A DNA stretch of 64,000 nt. Source: Candidatus Bathyarchaeota archaeon. Lineage in GTDB: Archaea > Thermoproteota > Bathyarchaeia > TCS64. A model generated the notes under the pieces. The model had not been told where the DNA came from. It saw only the letters and a list, made by a program, of their open reading frames with translations, and did not search any database. Below, one piece after another: positions 1 through 11,003 of this stretch. Where the stretch lies: positions 34,777 through 98,776 of the forward strand of contig CAVYVF010000001.1 of NCBI GenBank assembly GCA_963771885.1, written 5' to 3'. A program made the position numbers and the translations under genes. The first letter of the stretch is position 1, and each line of letters begins with the position of its first letter.

Positions 1-195
1 CTACATAAGACAGCTATTAACTGAACACACCCTCCACGTTTTCCAAAAATGTGCACGCAGGTGTCAGATCCCGACCAACACGCTTATACCCACTCGTATA
101 AGCGGATGAAAAAAACCGATGAAAGAGTATATTAGCTTGAAATAATCATATGCGAAGATTAATCTTCTCCCAGGTTACAGACTGTTGAAGGGTTT

Positions 196-471
196 ATGGA
201 TAAGCGACTGCTAGCCGGTTTGAGCCTGATGAGTGCGTTTTCACTCCGACAGCTCGACCCCAACTTGATAAATCAGATCGTCGCCGACATAAGTCTCACA
301 CAATACCTAACCCTTCTGATAACCGGATCAGTATTATTGGATTGGCTTAAGTGTGCAGGGTGGAGAGACAAAATTCCCTTCTACTTGATAAAGTGCGAGA
401 AACATGGCTATCAGCTCAGTTATCCGAGTGGATACGGAATGAAATTATTCTGCCCAAAATGCGTCGAATAA
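196..471 (+). CDS. Small hypothetical protein, probable Zn-binding
   Basis: CEKHG...CPKC motif pair; 91 aa ORF. Confidence 0.6.
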   Translation: MDKRLLAGLSLMSAFSLRQLDPNLINQIVADISLTQYLTLLITGSVLLDWLKCAGWRDKIPFYLIKCEKHGYQLSYPSGYGMKLFCPKCVE

Positions 472-573
472 TCAGCTAATAATTATACAGTCGCGCGCGC
501 GTTCGTAACGTATTCATGCACTACAACCCTTTTAATGCGCAAAAGTTCATAATATGAGAAGGAGGCCTAAAAA

Positions 574-780
574 ATGGAAACCCTAGAATTATCCAAATGC
601 GAACTCTGCGGAAAGACTGGAGAAGACCTGACACTACTCGGAGTCAGACACAAAGAGTTAGGCTGGATCGAGATCTGTGGAGACTGCTGGAAAAACAGCT
701 ACAATGAAAATAGTCTAGTAGCCGGGACAGGCGGTAAAAGCGGGGGCTGCAGCGGCTGCTGTGGCTGCAAATCCTGCTAA
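574..780 (+). CDS. Small Cys-rich hypothetical protein
   Basis: GGAGG SD upstream; CELC, CGDC and a C-terminal GGCSGCCGCKSC tail. Confidence 0.7.
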   Translation: METLELSKCELCGKTGEDLTLLGVRHKELGWIEICGDCWKNSYNENSLVAGTGGKSGGCSGCCGCKSC

Positions 781-876
781 ACACAATTCTCTCGTCGCTC
801 CCCCTTAGGAAGCGAAACCCTATACGAGACCAACAAATATGTTGGCGTGCAATATTGAATTACACCAGTGCGATTT

Positions 877-1140
877 CTAACGCGCGCATGACATTGGAAC
901 GCCTAAGACAATCTCCCCAACCTTACCAATGCAATCGACTCTATGACACGCCGCCAACCCGCACCGACTCGCCCCGTCGAAAAACACTCCACCCAGGTTA
1001 CCCTCGCCGAGTGGCTCGTCGCAACATGCGCATACGAGCCTATTAGCCTCAAAATCCCCCAGCAAACTCGCCCTCTCAAGCAATACATGAAGATGCGTGC
1101 TCGGGTAGGCGAAGCTGCACAACTTTTCCCGCTGAACCAT
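877..1140 (-). CDS. Small hypothetical protein (CxxC)
   Basis: CACC and C..C motifs; ends within an ACGCGCGCATG tract. Confidence 0.45.
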   Translation of the reverse strand: MVQREKLCSFAYPSTHLHVLLERASLLGDFEANRLVCACCDEPLGEGNLGGVFFDGASRCGLAACHRVDCIGKVGEIVLGVPMSCAR

Positions 1141-1177
1141 AAACCGTAGCCATGTCCAAACCCCTTTTTGACCTTTA

Positions 1178-1198
1178 CGGATTTAACCATTAAATCCG
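1178..1198. promoter_or_regulatory. Perfect 9-bp inverted repeat, putative transcription-factor operator
   Basis: CGGATTTAA-CCA-TTAAATCCG between divergent ORFs. Confidence 0.4.
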
Positions 1199-1287
1199 CG
1201 CACACTTAAGGAGGGCAGAGCGCGAAGAATCCTCGTAAACGTCTTAGACATGCAGCTGCGCCAACTCCTACGCAATCCAAACCCAAT

Positions 1288-1890
1288 ATGTTTAAAGGAC
1301 ATCATGGTACACATTTTTTGATGATTCTGAATAAAGATGACACAATATTCTCGCTACTAGCCATAATGGTCTTCTTTGTTTTCATAACAACTTTTTTCGG
1401 AATCATGGCAAACCCACAGATTGAGTATGGTTTAGCCTCAAACATAACCGCCAACGACACAATAAATGTTGACGAATACATTCGAATCAACGTCACAGTG
1501 AAAAACGCTGGTTATCTTTTAAGTAGCACCAAGGTGACGGTGAGGTTCTATAACTTAACAAGTCAGAATCACGATTACCTAGCCATCGACAAGGGAAACT
1601 ATAGCGAACAAACCATACCCTTCGACCTCAACACAGGGGATACAAAGCAAAAACAAATTGAATTGACCTTCCTCCCAAAAGAAAACGCTAACAACCTAGT
1701 CCTCTACGCGTACGCCGCGAAGAATTATAGTGGCGACCTAGTTCAAAACTATGGCACAAGCTTCAGCACCATCACACTCACTGGGAAAAACGTGCTATTA
1801 TTGAGCAAAGAAGGCGAAATCTACAAGAAAGGTGGTCAAGAGGAATTTAACGAGCTTTTAAAAACGTACCCCAATCTCCTCAAACGATAA
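1288..1890 (+). CDS. Membrane-anchored hypothetical protein with Ig-like extracellular domain
   Basis: N-terminal TM helix; INVTVKNAG (CARDB-like) segment; many N-x-S/T sites. Confidence 0.65.
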   Translation: MFKGHHGTHFLMILNKDDTIFSLLAIMVFFVFITTFFGIMANPQIEYGLASNITANDTINVDEYIRINVTVKNAGYLLSSTKVTVRFYNLTSQNHDYLAIDKGNYSEQTIPFDLNTGDTKQKQIELTFLPKENANNLVLYAYAAKNYSGDLVQNYGTSFSTITLTGKNVLLLSKEGEIYKKGGQEEFNELLKTYPNLLKR

Positions 1891-1918
1891 TATTTACGCG
1901 TTAAAGAGTCGGCGTGCG

Positions 1919-2377
1919 TTATCGAATATTAGTTATTAGCCCGACCAAAATTGTAAACCAAGCCACGCCGAATATTACGGGTAGAAACTGGGTGACGTAT
2001 GACAGACTTAGATAAGGCCTCTTTTGGGCTAGTGACTCGATTTCAACATAGCACTTGAACCGGTCTAACTCGGCATCCAGTTTAATGACTTGCTCCCTCC
2101 ACCTCTGCTGGAAGTATACCGCACCCCTCATCACGAGGAACCAGACTAAAGCCACACCGAGGCCGAGCAGAGGTATGCTAAGGCTAAGAAGTTTTGGGCT
2201 CACCTCAAGCCCGGGATAAGTTACTACGAAGGCTGAGAAGAGGCCCGCATGCGCGACAAGAAAAAAGTTCGCTCGCGACCAGAACTCGCGGGTATCCTGC
2301 TTAAAATGGTCGACAACCATCTGATAGACGACGAGGTCGCTCACACATGTAGCATCTTTAGAGTCGCTCATACCCAT
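1919..2377 (-). CDS. Small multi-TM protein resembling RipA-family/SLATT-like membrane proteins
   Basis: FWSRANFFLVAHAGLF followed by a second TM and WREQVIKLD; start moved to the ATG downstream of a TATA-like box. Confidence 0.55.
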   Translation of the reverse strand: MGMSDSKDATCVSDLVVYQMVVDHFKQDTREFWSRANFFLVAHAGLFSAFVVTYPGLEVSPKLLSLSIPLLGLGVALVWFLVMRGAVYFQQRWREQVIKLDAELDRFKCYVEIESLAQKRPYLSLSYVTQFLPVIFGVAWFTILVGLITNIR

Positions 2378-2496
2378 CGACTCTACTGTTGTCAACATCC
2401 GCCTAAAAGTATGAGCAGTTGAGCCCATCCCTTGACTGAATGATTTCAAATAGTAAGTTGCCTCGAGTAAATACAAAGTCCCATGCCGGGATGGCT

Positions 2497-4372
2497 ATGG
2501 CTGAGGAGAGAGACAAATACACAAGGAGCAGCCTTGTGATCGGTATCAACTTCCTCTTCTTCTTCCTCGGCATACTCGTGGTTGACATCTACGAGGAGGC
2601 GCTCTGGTTCAACTATACCCTGGTCATGCTCACATTCTTCTTCGCGCTCTTCGTCGCCATCGGCCTAAGCTTCCTCAACAGGACCCCAGTTGGAGGGGTG
2701 ATAATCGGGTTATCCCTATCCGGGTCTTACTGGATCGGCTTCCTGACAAGCCTACTCATCAAGTTCAGATTCACCTCGAACACGGACGCCATCAAGATCT
2801 TTCGGGCCCTACGCGCTATACGTCGCCGGAGCCTTCTCATGTCTGGGACTCTTCTTCGGGGTGCTTGGCTACCTCTCCGAGCGCCTCTTCATCGAAAACC
2901 CGATCATCGAGACCTACGTATACCGCGATTACTGGTCGAACGTCTACGGTCTAGGCAAGAACGTCAGGAGGGAGTACGAGAGCCTTGACAGGAAACTGAC
3001 CCGCGCACACGTAACCGTCGGCGACTGGTGGAGGCAGCAAATCCACCGCATCAAACAGGTAAAACCGGAACTCATGTACGTGGGCAACCCCTCAAAGACC
3101 GCGGGGAATAGGTTCGGCGACGTCTACGAGATCTCCTCAGGTAAGGGCCTCTACCAGGGCATAGTCGACCCCAGCGACCTCATCGGCGTCTATAAACCGA
3201 CCATAATCAGCATCCCGAGGACCTCGGATGAGGTTGGGGGAGGTAGGAGGCTCGCCTTCGAGGAGCTTGTTTCGAGGCTTCTGGGCTGGTTCGCCCAGTC
3301 TAGGGTAATCTGGGCGTTATACTTAGCAGCTTCATCGGTCTTCACCTACTCACTCTATGCATATTTCGATGGATTGGTGAAGTCATGGGGGAGCTACCTG
3401 TATAACAGCGACATCGAGGCCCTATTGATTACGGGCGTCGCTCTCTCCTCAATCACCCTGTATTTCGTCTACAGGTTTAGGTCGATATCTAAAACGCTTT
3501 TCGAGAATCGGCCGGACGAGAGGACGATGGTATTCGCCGTATACGTGATTCTATTCATGTTTTACGGACTGTATTATCAGGTCATCACCTCTATGGATGT
3601 CGTTATGCTAAACATGGTGTCCCTCTTCGACATAGGTCCCACGCCATGGATCATCGCGATAAAGTGGTTTCTGATCTTCACAGCGATTCTCACCATCACA
3701 TACGTCTTCATCCACAGAGAGTGCGAAATCTCAAATGTCTACCTCTACGACAATTCAACCAAAGGCGACACCTTGTCTTCGCCTTCCCCCTATCGCGACG
3801 AGAGGGATCGGCCGCATTGGCTGCAGGACGACGGGGTTGCTCAGTACTGGGTTCTACGCTTCATGTACTTCTGGCGCTACGAGCTAACCCTGATCCCCCA
3901 CAAGGACTGGGAGAGGGTTGAGGTATGGGTCGACGCGAAGACGGGTGAGGCAAAGTGGATAGTCAGCGACTACCACTACAGAGAGCTCTGGTACAAAGTC
4001 GAGGGAGATCTTCGAAATATGGGGCTTCACGTCGGATTCCTCGCAAACTTCCACACCCCGATACCATACGTGATCGAGGGTGAACTCAAAAGGTTCAGGG
4101 ACATTCTTAGCGAGAGTAGAAGGAGCCTCCTGAAGCTGCTAGCGAACGGCCGACTATACATGGGGGGCTCGATCGAGAAGAATTACTGCGTCTCTCACCC
4201 CGCGGACTGGGTTGAGGGCTTCGGGTTAAAGGGACTAGCCGCGAACTTTTGCAGCGACCTCAACTGGTGTTACTGGCGCTATCCCTGGGGAATCGACGAC
4301 TTGGATAGATACAGGGAGTATCCCTCGGCACTCCCGGAGGAGCAACCAGGTTTCTCGCTGGGCGCCGCCTAG
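2497..4372 (+). CDS. Large integral membrane protein with C-terminal soluble domain (one frameshift at ~2800)
   Basis: ORFs 2440..2988 and 2861..4372 join if one T is removed from ATCTTTCGGG; C-terminal PHKDWERVEVWVD motif. Confidence 0.7.
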
Positions 4373-4374
4373 GC

Positions 4375-4761
4375 TCATTCCTCAGTGAGGAACCCGAGCA
4401 TTCTCTCCGCGAATCTTTTGAAGGGCACCCGAATGTACTTTGTTACCTCGGGTGAGGGCTGGAAGAAGCCTCTCCTTGTTAGATCGAAGCCCAAGCCAGT
4501 GTAGTCGTCCACTATGACCGCCCTTATCGAGTCGAGCCCCCTGAGTTTCGCCGCCCTGAATCGGTGGTGGCCGTCGAGAACGGCGTAGAGGGTCTTTGAT
4601 GGGTGCTTGATGACGATTATGGGAGTAATTTTCCTAGGGTCGTGTCTAGTTAGGTCTCTGGCATAGCCCTCGTCGATTAGGTCGTCACTCTCAATTTGCG
4701 CGAGTGGGAGCTCTACGGCGTGCTCATCTGGGTTGATGTATGCTGTGATTAGATCTGTCAT
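4375..4761 (-). CDS. ParB/sulfiredoxin N-terminal domain protein (stand-alone)
   Basis: PIIV...YAVLDGHHRFRAA motif. Confidence 0.85.
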   Translation of the reverse strand: MTDLITAYINPDEHAVELPLAQIESDDLIDEGYARDLTRHDPRKITPIIVIKHPSKTLYAVLDGHHRFRAAKLRGLDSIRAVIVDDYTGLGFDLTRRGFFQPSPEVTKYIRVPFKRFAERMLGFLTEE

Positions 4762-4975
4762 CGGGCTATTCTTTCTAGTGTTAAGGTGCTTATTGCATTA
4801 TTGGAGGGCACGTAATGAACGTACACAGCGTCGAATGCACCTAGCGGCGTGCACGTACATAGAGGTAGACATCCACGAGCGTCCTAACCAGTACCAGAAT
4901 AACTAGGAAACCCATATTCCCCCGCGCGCGACTCTAGCGAGTGCGTTAGTAGGGACCCAATAGCAAACATACGAG

Positions 4976-6190
4976 TCACTCTGATGGTTTTGACCCCTTT
5001 TTTCTCTCGAGCTGTCTCCGACTATAAGTCTCAACCCCGAATACCGCCGTGATGACCCCGCTCACGAGCACTATCCCCGCCATGAAATAGAACGGGGTCT
5101 TGAGATCAGTCGTATCAGCAAGCACCCCCATGAGGAGAGGCCCTAGGATGAACGCAATGTCACCAAAGAACCTGAACACCCCCATGCTTATTCCACGAGG
5201 CTCCTTGTCCGTCGCATCCGTTACCATCGCAAAGGGCGCCTGCCCACTACCGATCGTCGCAACGCCCATGAAGACCGCCGCCAGGCTTAGAGAGAGGTAA
5301 TCACCTGTGAAAGGGTAGATGGCGCAGGAGACCGCGGATAATAGCAGAGCAATCCAAGTGATCGGCTTCCTGCCAAAGTAATCCACGCAGAATCCAACAG
5401 GCATAGTGAGAAGGAGCCCCATCAACGACGCATAAGTCAACACCGTCCCGATGCTCACCTGATCAAGGCCTAAAACGCTGCTGGCATAGAGGCTAATCAT
5501 GTAACCCCGGATACCGGTCATCATCAGAAAACCAGAGAAACTCGCAATACAAGCTATGGCGAAGGCTCGGATCCCGAGAAGGTGGCGAACATAGCCGATG
5601 CTGAACACGTGCGAACCCCCCTCAACTTTACGGGGAGGCTCAATCAAGAAGAAGTAGCTAAGCAACATACTCGCGATCCCAGCGATGAAGTACGCCATGA
5701 AGGGCGCCCGGATCCCCCAATACTCCGCGACGAATCCTCCTACCGTAGGCCCCATCGAGGAACCGAGGAGCATGAAAGTGGAAAAGTAACCCATTACGCG
5801 GCCCCTCTCCTCCGGCTTCAACATATCCGCCAGAATCGAAGTACGCGCCGTCTGCCACATGCTAGAGCCTACACCCTGTATGAATCGAAGAGCGATGAAC
5901 CAGGCAAAGTCCGGAGCGTAAAAGTTAAAGAAAGCGCCAAAAGCGAGCAGAATCGTACCCATGACTGTTAATCGGCGACCACCTATGCGATCCGCGAGAA
6001 TCCCCATGGGGATATCCGCGATCAGCCGCCCCACAGCGTACATACTAACCGCGAGGCTGACCAAGGTATAAGAAACCCCGAAGCTCTTCGCGTAGAGTGG
6101 CAGACTGGGAGTAACTATGTTCATCCCTAGGAAGACAAAGAAAGTCGGCAAGTAAAGCGAGAGAAAGTCGTTAAACTTAGAGCGCTCCAA
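4976..6190 (-). CDS. MFS transporter
   Basis: 12 TM pattern; motif A GILADRIGGRR; ERGRVMG. Confidence 0.92.
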   Translation of the reverse strand: MERSKFNDFLSLYLPTFFVFLGMNIVTPSLPLYAKSFGVSYTLVSLAVSMYAVGRLIADIPMGILADRIGGRRLTVMGTILLAFGAFFNFYAPDFAWFIALRFIQGVGSSMWQTARTSILADMLKPEERGRVMGYFSTFMLLGSSMGPTVGGFVAEYWGIRAPFMAYFIAGIASMLLSYFFLIEPPRKVEGGSHVFSIGYVRHLLGIRAFAIACIASFSGFLMMTGIRGYMISLYASSVLGLDQVSIGTVLTYASLMGLLLTMPVGFCVDYFGRKPITWIALLLSAVSCAIYPFTGDYLSLSLAAVFMGVATIGSGQAPFAMVTDATDKEPRGISMGVFRFFGDIAFILGPLLMGVLADTTDLKTPFYFMAGIVLVSGVITAVFGVETYSRRQLERKKGSKPSE

Positions 6191-6359
6191 CTCATACTCC
6201 TCAACAGCCTCTAGTACTTAACCTTCAGTCAAGCACTGATGAAGCGAGCAGCACATCTTCCATGACTCGGGTTGGGGAAGTATGGCCTCTCGAAGATTAC
6301 TGCATAAGAAAGGCACTTATGCACTGCCACAAACTCACACCGTTTTTATTTTTCGCGGG

Positions 6360-6857
6360 CTACTTGGCATGAGGCGCCTCATCTTTCGGTTGTTTGACGA
6401 CGAAGAGGCAGTGAGGATCGTCCTTCGTGAGTATCTCCGGGATTTGCACGTCTATATCTGGGCGGTAGGTCTGCCAAAATGCGTGGTGGAAATTCTGGCA
6501 GTAAACGAGGCCGAGGTCGGTGCCGTCGTGTGAGCGCCAAACCTTCTCGTAGGGGCATGCGTAGGTATAGCTTATCAACTCGTTATCTGTAAAGACCTTC
6601 CTCTCCTTTTTCGTGCCGGAAGTGCCGGGGAGGTCGTATACCTCGAAGAGACTGCGCATGTTAATGGGTAGATTCATTTCCTCATGCCTCACCCGGAGCC
6701 GCTCCCCCCGTGCAGCCCCATAGCTCCTCACGGCCCTCACTAACGCCGCCCTCCCCTCCTCGCCGAAGCTGTCAACCATCTCCTTAGCGAAGATGTAATA
6801 CATCAGGCTCCACAGGTCGCCGAACTCGTCGATATCCCTCTGAGATACCAAGGTCAT
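6360..6857 (-). CDS. L-2-amino-thiazoline-4-carboxylic acid hydrolase-family protein
   Basis: FGEEG...YG..RG, CPY..VW, LGLVYC, HCLF pattern. Confidence 0.75.
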   Translation of the reverse strand: MTLVSQRDIDEFGDLWSLMYYIFAKEMVDSFGEEGRAALVRAVRSYGAARGERLRVRHEEMNLPINMRSLFEVYDLPGTSGTKKERKVFTDNELISYTYACPYEKVWRSHDGTDLGLVYCQNFHHAFWQTYRPDIDVQIPEILTKDDPHCLFVVKQPKDEAPHAK

Positions 6858-7002
6858 CCATAAAATGGATGGCTCATTGGGTTAAAATTTCTCGCTTTGC
6901 ACTGAGCTCGCGCCAAAGGAGCTAGCCTGTGTCCCGGTTTTTAATTGGTAACTGTTCGTCACTTTATATCACGCTGTTTCCCTACTTCACCTGGAGATTG
7001 GC

Positions 7003-7500
7003 TTGGAGTTTAACGAAGTTCTGTCGAGTAGGAGAAGTATCCGCAAATACAAGGAGACCATCATCAAGAGGGAAACGATTCTGAGCATCCTCGAAGCCGC
7101 GAGGATAGCCCCATCAGCAAGCAACAAGCAGCCCTGGCACTTCATAATAGTTGAAAACAGGGAGACGATAAAGCAGCTCGCGAAATCAGAGTGGGCCCAG
7201 AATGCGCCACTCATGATCATCGGCTTGGCAGATCAGGAAGCCTCCCCCAGTTGGTGCGGCAACGACTTGGGCATCGCGTTCGAGCACATCGCCTTGGCCG
7301 TCACTAATCTCGGCCTCGGGGGATGCTGGATGGGTCAGACCGGCCGAGAGGACATGATTCGGAAGCTGCTGAACATCCCCGACAGGCTTAAGCCGGTTGC
7401 GGTAATGCCAATCGGCGTGCCCGATGAGAGCCCTCCGGCAAAGGAGAGGAAGAGTCTAAGCGACATCGTAAGCTGGGAGAAGTACGGCAAATCAAAATAA
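7003..7500 (+). CDS. Nitroreductase family protein
   Basis: RRSIRKY, APSASNKQPWHFI, LGLGGCW. Confidence 0.92.
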   Translation: MEFNEVLSSRRSIRKYKETIIKRETILSILEAARIAPSASNKQPWHFIIVENRETIKQLAKSEWAQNAPLMIIGLADQEASPSWCGNDLGIAFEHIALAVTNLGLGGCWMGQTGREDMIRKLLNIPDRLKPVAVMPIGVPDESPPAKERKSLSDIVSWEKYGKSK

Positions 7501-7899
7501 ATAACGCAGAGCGCACAACAAACTCCATTTTTTACGTGCTTCTCATACACGTCGTGCGTATATGTAAAATCCGCATCAAACACCTTCAACGCAGTAAATC
7601 TTTAATCTAGACTGCAGAAACCCTACAAATTCAACTATACACAAACAGTTAATTTGTTTTCTACCAGGTGCATGCTTATGTTAGTTTATGCGAAATAAAA
7701 CTCGTTAAAAAAAAACGGAAGCAATCTTGACGCACTTGTATTATTCGATTAATCTGCATAGTAATTAACCTAATTATTGACGAAAAATTGATTAGTTCAT
7801 ATTAAATGCAATTGTTCTAAATATATGGGACAATTATATGATTAAAATATCGGAACATAACCACTCTTGGTTACCAATTACACTTTCGAGGTAGCGCCA

Positions 7900-10021
7900 T
7901 TGAAGTATGTAAGAAAAAGATCGGGGAAGCTGCAGGAGTTCAACGCTGAAAAGATCAAGGAAGCCATACTACACGCCTTAATCGCGGTCGGTGAGAGGGG
8001 TGATGAGCAGGCGATTGAGCTAACGGAGAAAGTCGTGAGGCATCTAGAGAAGAATTTTGGCGAAGACGGAGTTCCCACGATCGAAGAGATCCAAGACGTC
8101 GTTGAAAAGACGTTGATAGACAACGGTTTGGCGCGCACCGCAAAGGCCTACATAATCTATAGAAAGGAACACCAAGACCTCAGGGAACTCGCTACCATCC
8201 TGAGTCAGGATGAGCTCGTGGACAAATACATAATGAAGGCAGATTGGAGAGTTCGCGAAAACTCCAACATGTCCTTCTCGCTGCAGGGTTTGAACAATTT
8301 CCTCTCATCGGAGATCACCTCGAAGTATTGGCTAAATAAGATCTACTCAAGCAGCATTAGGGAGGCACATGTATCGGGAGAGATCCACATACACGACCTC
8401 TCCGTGCTAGGTCCCTACTGTGTAGGGTGGAGCTTACCCGACCTCCTCCTCTCCGGCTTTAAAGGCGTGTCAGGGAAGATCGAGAGCGCTCCAGCCAAAC
8501 ACCTCTCTTCTGCCCTCGGCCAGATCGTGAACTTCTTCTACACACTCCAAGGAGAGGCAGCAGGAGCACAAGCTTTCAGCAACTTCGACTCCTACCTCGC
8601 ACCATTCATCAAGAACGACGATTTGAGTGAGAGAAGACTGAAGCAGAATCTGCAGGAGTGGCTATTCAACATGAATATACCCACCCGCGTAGGCTTCCAG
8701 ACACCTTTCACAAACATCACAATGGACATCAAAGTCCCAGATTTCCTTAAGGAATGAACCCGTGATAATTGGCGGAAAAATGCAATCCGAGACATACTCT
8801 GAATACCAAGATGAGATGGATCTTTTCAACACCTGCTTCGCAGACGTCATGGAGGAGGGGGACGCAAAAGGCAGAGTCTTCACCTTCCCCATCGCAACCT
8901 ACAGCATCACTGATGACTTCGACTGGGAGTCGAAGACCTCTGAGAGCATATTCCGCATGACCGCCAAGTATGGAACCCCATACTTCTCCAATTTCGTGAA
9001 CAGCGACATGAAACCCGACGATGTTCGGAGCATGTGCTGCAGACTGAGGATAGACAACAGGGAGCTAAGAAAAAGAGGAGGAGGATTATTTGGGTCAAAC
9101 CCACTCACAGGGTCAATAGGAGTAGTGACAATAAACCTCCCCCGGATAGCCTACGTCCAAGGAAACGAAACCAGATTCTTCGAAAAACTCGACGAGCTGA
9201 TGGATACGTCGCGGGACAGCCTTGAAAACAAGAGAAAAATCCTTGAAAAGTTTTCCGACGCAGGACTATTCCCCTACTCCTCCTACTATCTACGCAACCT
9301 AAAGGAAGCATATGGACAGTACTGGCACAACCACTTCTCCACAATAGGTCTCATAGGCATGGCAGAGGCCATTCGCAACCTACTAGGAATAAGCATAGCG
9401 ACGCCTGAAGGGCTAAGCTTCGCACAGAAGGTACTCGAACACATGAGGAGCAGGCTTAGCGACTACCAAGACAAGACGGGAAACATCTACAACCTCGAAG
9501 CAACACCCGCCGAAGGCACCTCATATCGTCTAGCCAGTATAGACAAGAAGAAGCACCCAAACATCATCGTAGCGAATGAGAAGGAGCTGGCAAAGGGAAG
9601 TGCACCATTCTACACCAACTCATCCCAACTGCCAGTTGATCAAACCACGGACCTCTTCGAGGCACTTGTGCACCAAAACCAGCTTCAGCCCCTATACACC
9701 GGTGGCACAGTATTCCACACTTTCCTCGGCGAGAGAATGCCCAGCTGGAAAGCCACCGCCCAACTAGTCAAGAAGATGACAGGCTCCACTAAGATACCAT
9801 ACTTCACAATCACACCCACATTCAGCGTCTGCTCAGAACACGGATACATCGCAGGTGAACACTTCAAGTGCCCAACCTGTGAAAAGACCGCTGAGGTCTA
9901 CTCGAGGGTAGTCGGATACATGAGGCCAGTAACACAATGGAACGACGGAAAACAAGCCGAATACAGCATCAGAAACACCTTTGACGAGGCAACGCAGAAG
10001 ACAAGCGTGTTCACGAAATGA
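7900..10021 (+). CDS. nrdD: Anaerobic (class III) ribonucleoside-triphosphate reductase with ATP cone; one frameshift at ~8752
   Basis: ATP cone VRKRSG...IEEIQD; HIHDL; SMCCRLR; EATPAEG; glycyl-radical loop YSRVVGYMRPV. Removing one base in AAGGAATGAACCC restores K[D/N]EPVIIGG. Confidence 0.93.
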
Positions 10022-10692
10022 AGTTCAGCGGGATCCAGAAAACCAGCCTGATAGATTACCCAGACAACGTCTCCACTATCCTCTTCACACCAGGGTGTAA
10101 CCTGAGATGCCCCTACTGCCACAACTGGAGGATCGTACTCGGAGAAGCAGAGCCCCAGATCTCCGAAGAGGACGCCGTGAAGAGCCTCGAGCAACGTAAG
10201 GAATTCATCGACCACGTCGTCATCTCAGGCGGGGAGCCAACTCTACAGAGAGACCTCCCCAAATTCCTGTCCCGGCTTCAAACCCTCGATTTTAAGCTGA
10301 AACTTGACACCAACGGGTTGCTCCCCGAAGTACTAGAGGAGTGTTTACCATACCTGGACTATGTAGCGATGGATGTGAAGACGTCAATAGAGCGGTACCC
10401 GCAACTTGGAGCAGTAGAGCCGGACGCTTTGATTAGAAGTATAGGATTACTGAGGGACGGAGGGGTCGACTATGAGTTAAGGTGCACCGCAGCACCAGGG
10501 TTCGTTGACCTTGACTCTGTCAGGGATATGGGGGAGATTGTAAGGGGAGCTAAGAAATTCGTATTCCAGCAATATGTACCCGCGGACACGCTGGAACCAC
10601 AATTCACCAAGAGTACCTACAGCAGTAATGAGATATTATGCTTCGCCAAATTGATGAGAAATTACGTCATTGAGGTTCAAATCAGGATCTAA
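10018..10692 (+). CDS. nrdG: Anaerobic RNR activating radical SAM enzyme
   Basis: CNLRCPYCHN, SGGEPTLQ, KLDTNG; overlaps the nrdD stop (ATGA). Confidence 0.93.
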   Translation: MKFSGIQKTSLIDYPDNVSTILFTPGCNLRCPYCHNWRIVLGEAEPQISEEDAVKSLEQRKEFIDHVVISGGEPTLQRDLPKFLSRLQTLDFKLKLDTNGLLPEVLEECLPYLDYVAMDVKTSIERYPQLGAVEPDALIRSIGLLRDGGVDYELRCTAAPGFVDLDSVRDMGEIVRGAKKFVFQQYVPADTLEPQFTKSTYSSNEILCFAKLMRNYVIEVQIRI

Positions 10693-11003
10693 ACTCTAAC
10701 CCTCAAATTATCTATAATATTCACGTGCGCACGAGTGTGGAAAAACAGAATTTTTCTGGAAATATATAAAAAAAAATAGCGCGCGCAAAATCAAGTCAGG
10801 CTTTACAGAACAGATAAGCAGGACGCATTTCAAGTTCTTCAAGTCCCTAGGATTGCCTCTCGAGAAGATTAACGGAGTATTCTGCGGGGGTGGCTTGGAT
10901 CAACTGGAACTAGTTCACGCGATTATCGAATAACTTTCGGATACGTACTTGCGCACGCATGAGCTCATCCTGTTGTAAGGATTGACATTCTTTAAAAAAA
11001 ATG

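Noticed and set aside
4375..4761. ParB as sign of a plasmid or partition locus
   Set aside because: N-terminal domain only; no ParA, parS or Rep nearby.
7858..7873. TAACCA-CTCT-TGGTTA palindrome as an NrdR box
   Set aside because: Single copy and a poor match to the NrdR consensus; may be another operator but is unsupported.
8740..8770. Naturally split nrdD, intron/intein or programmed frameshift
   Set aside because: A single extra base restores the continuous conserved sequence; there is no insert or slippery heptamer, and the same error type recurs across the window.
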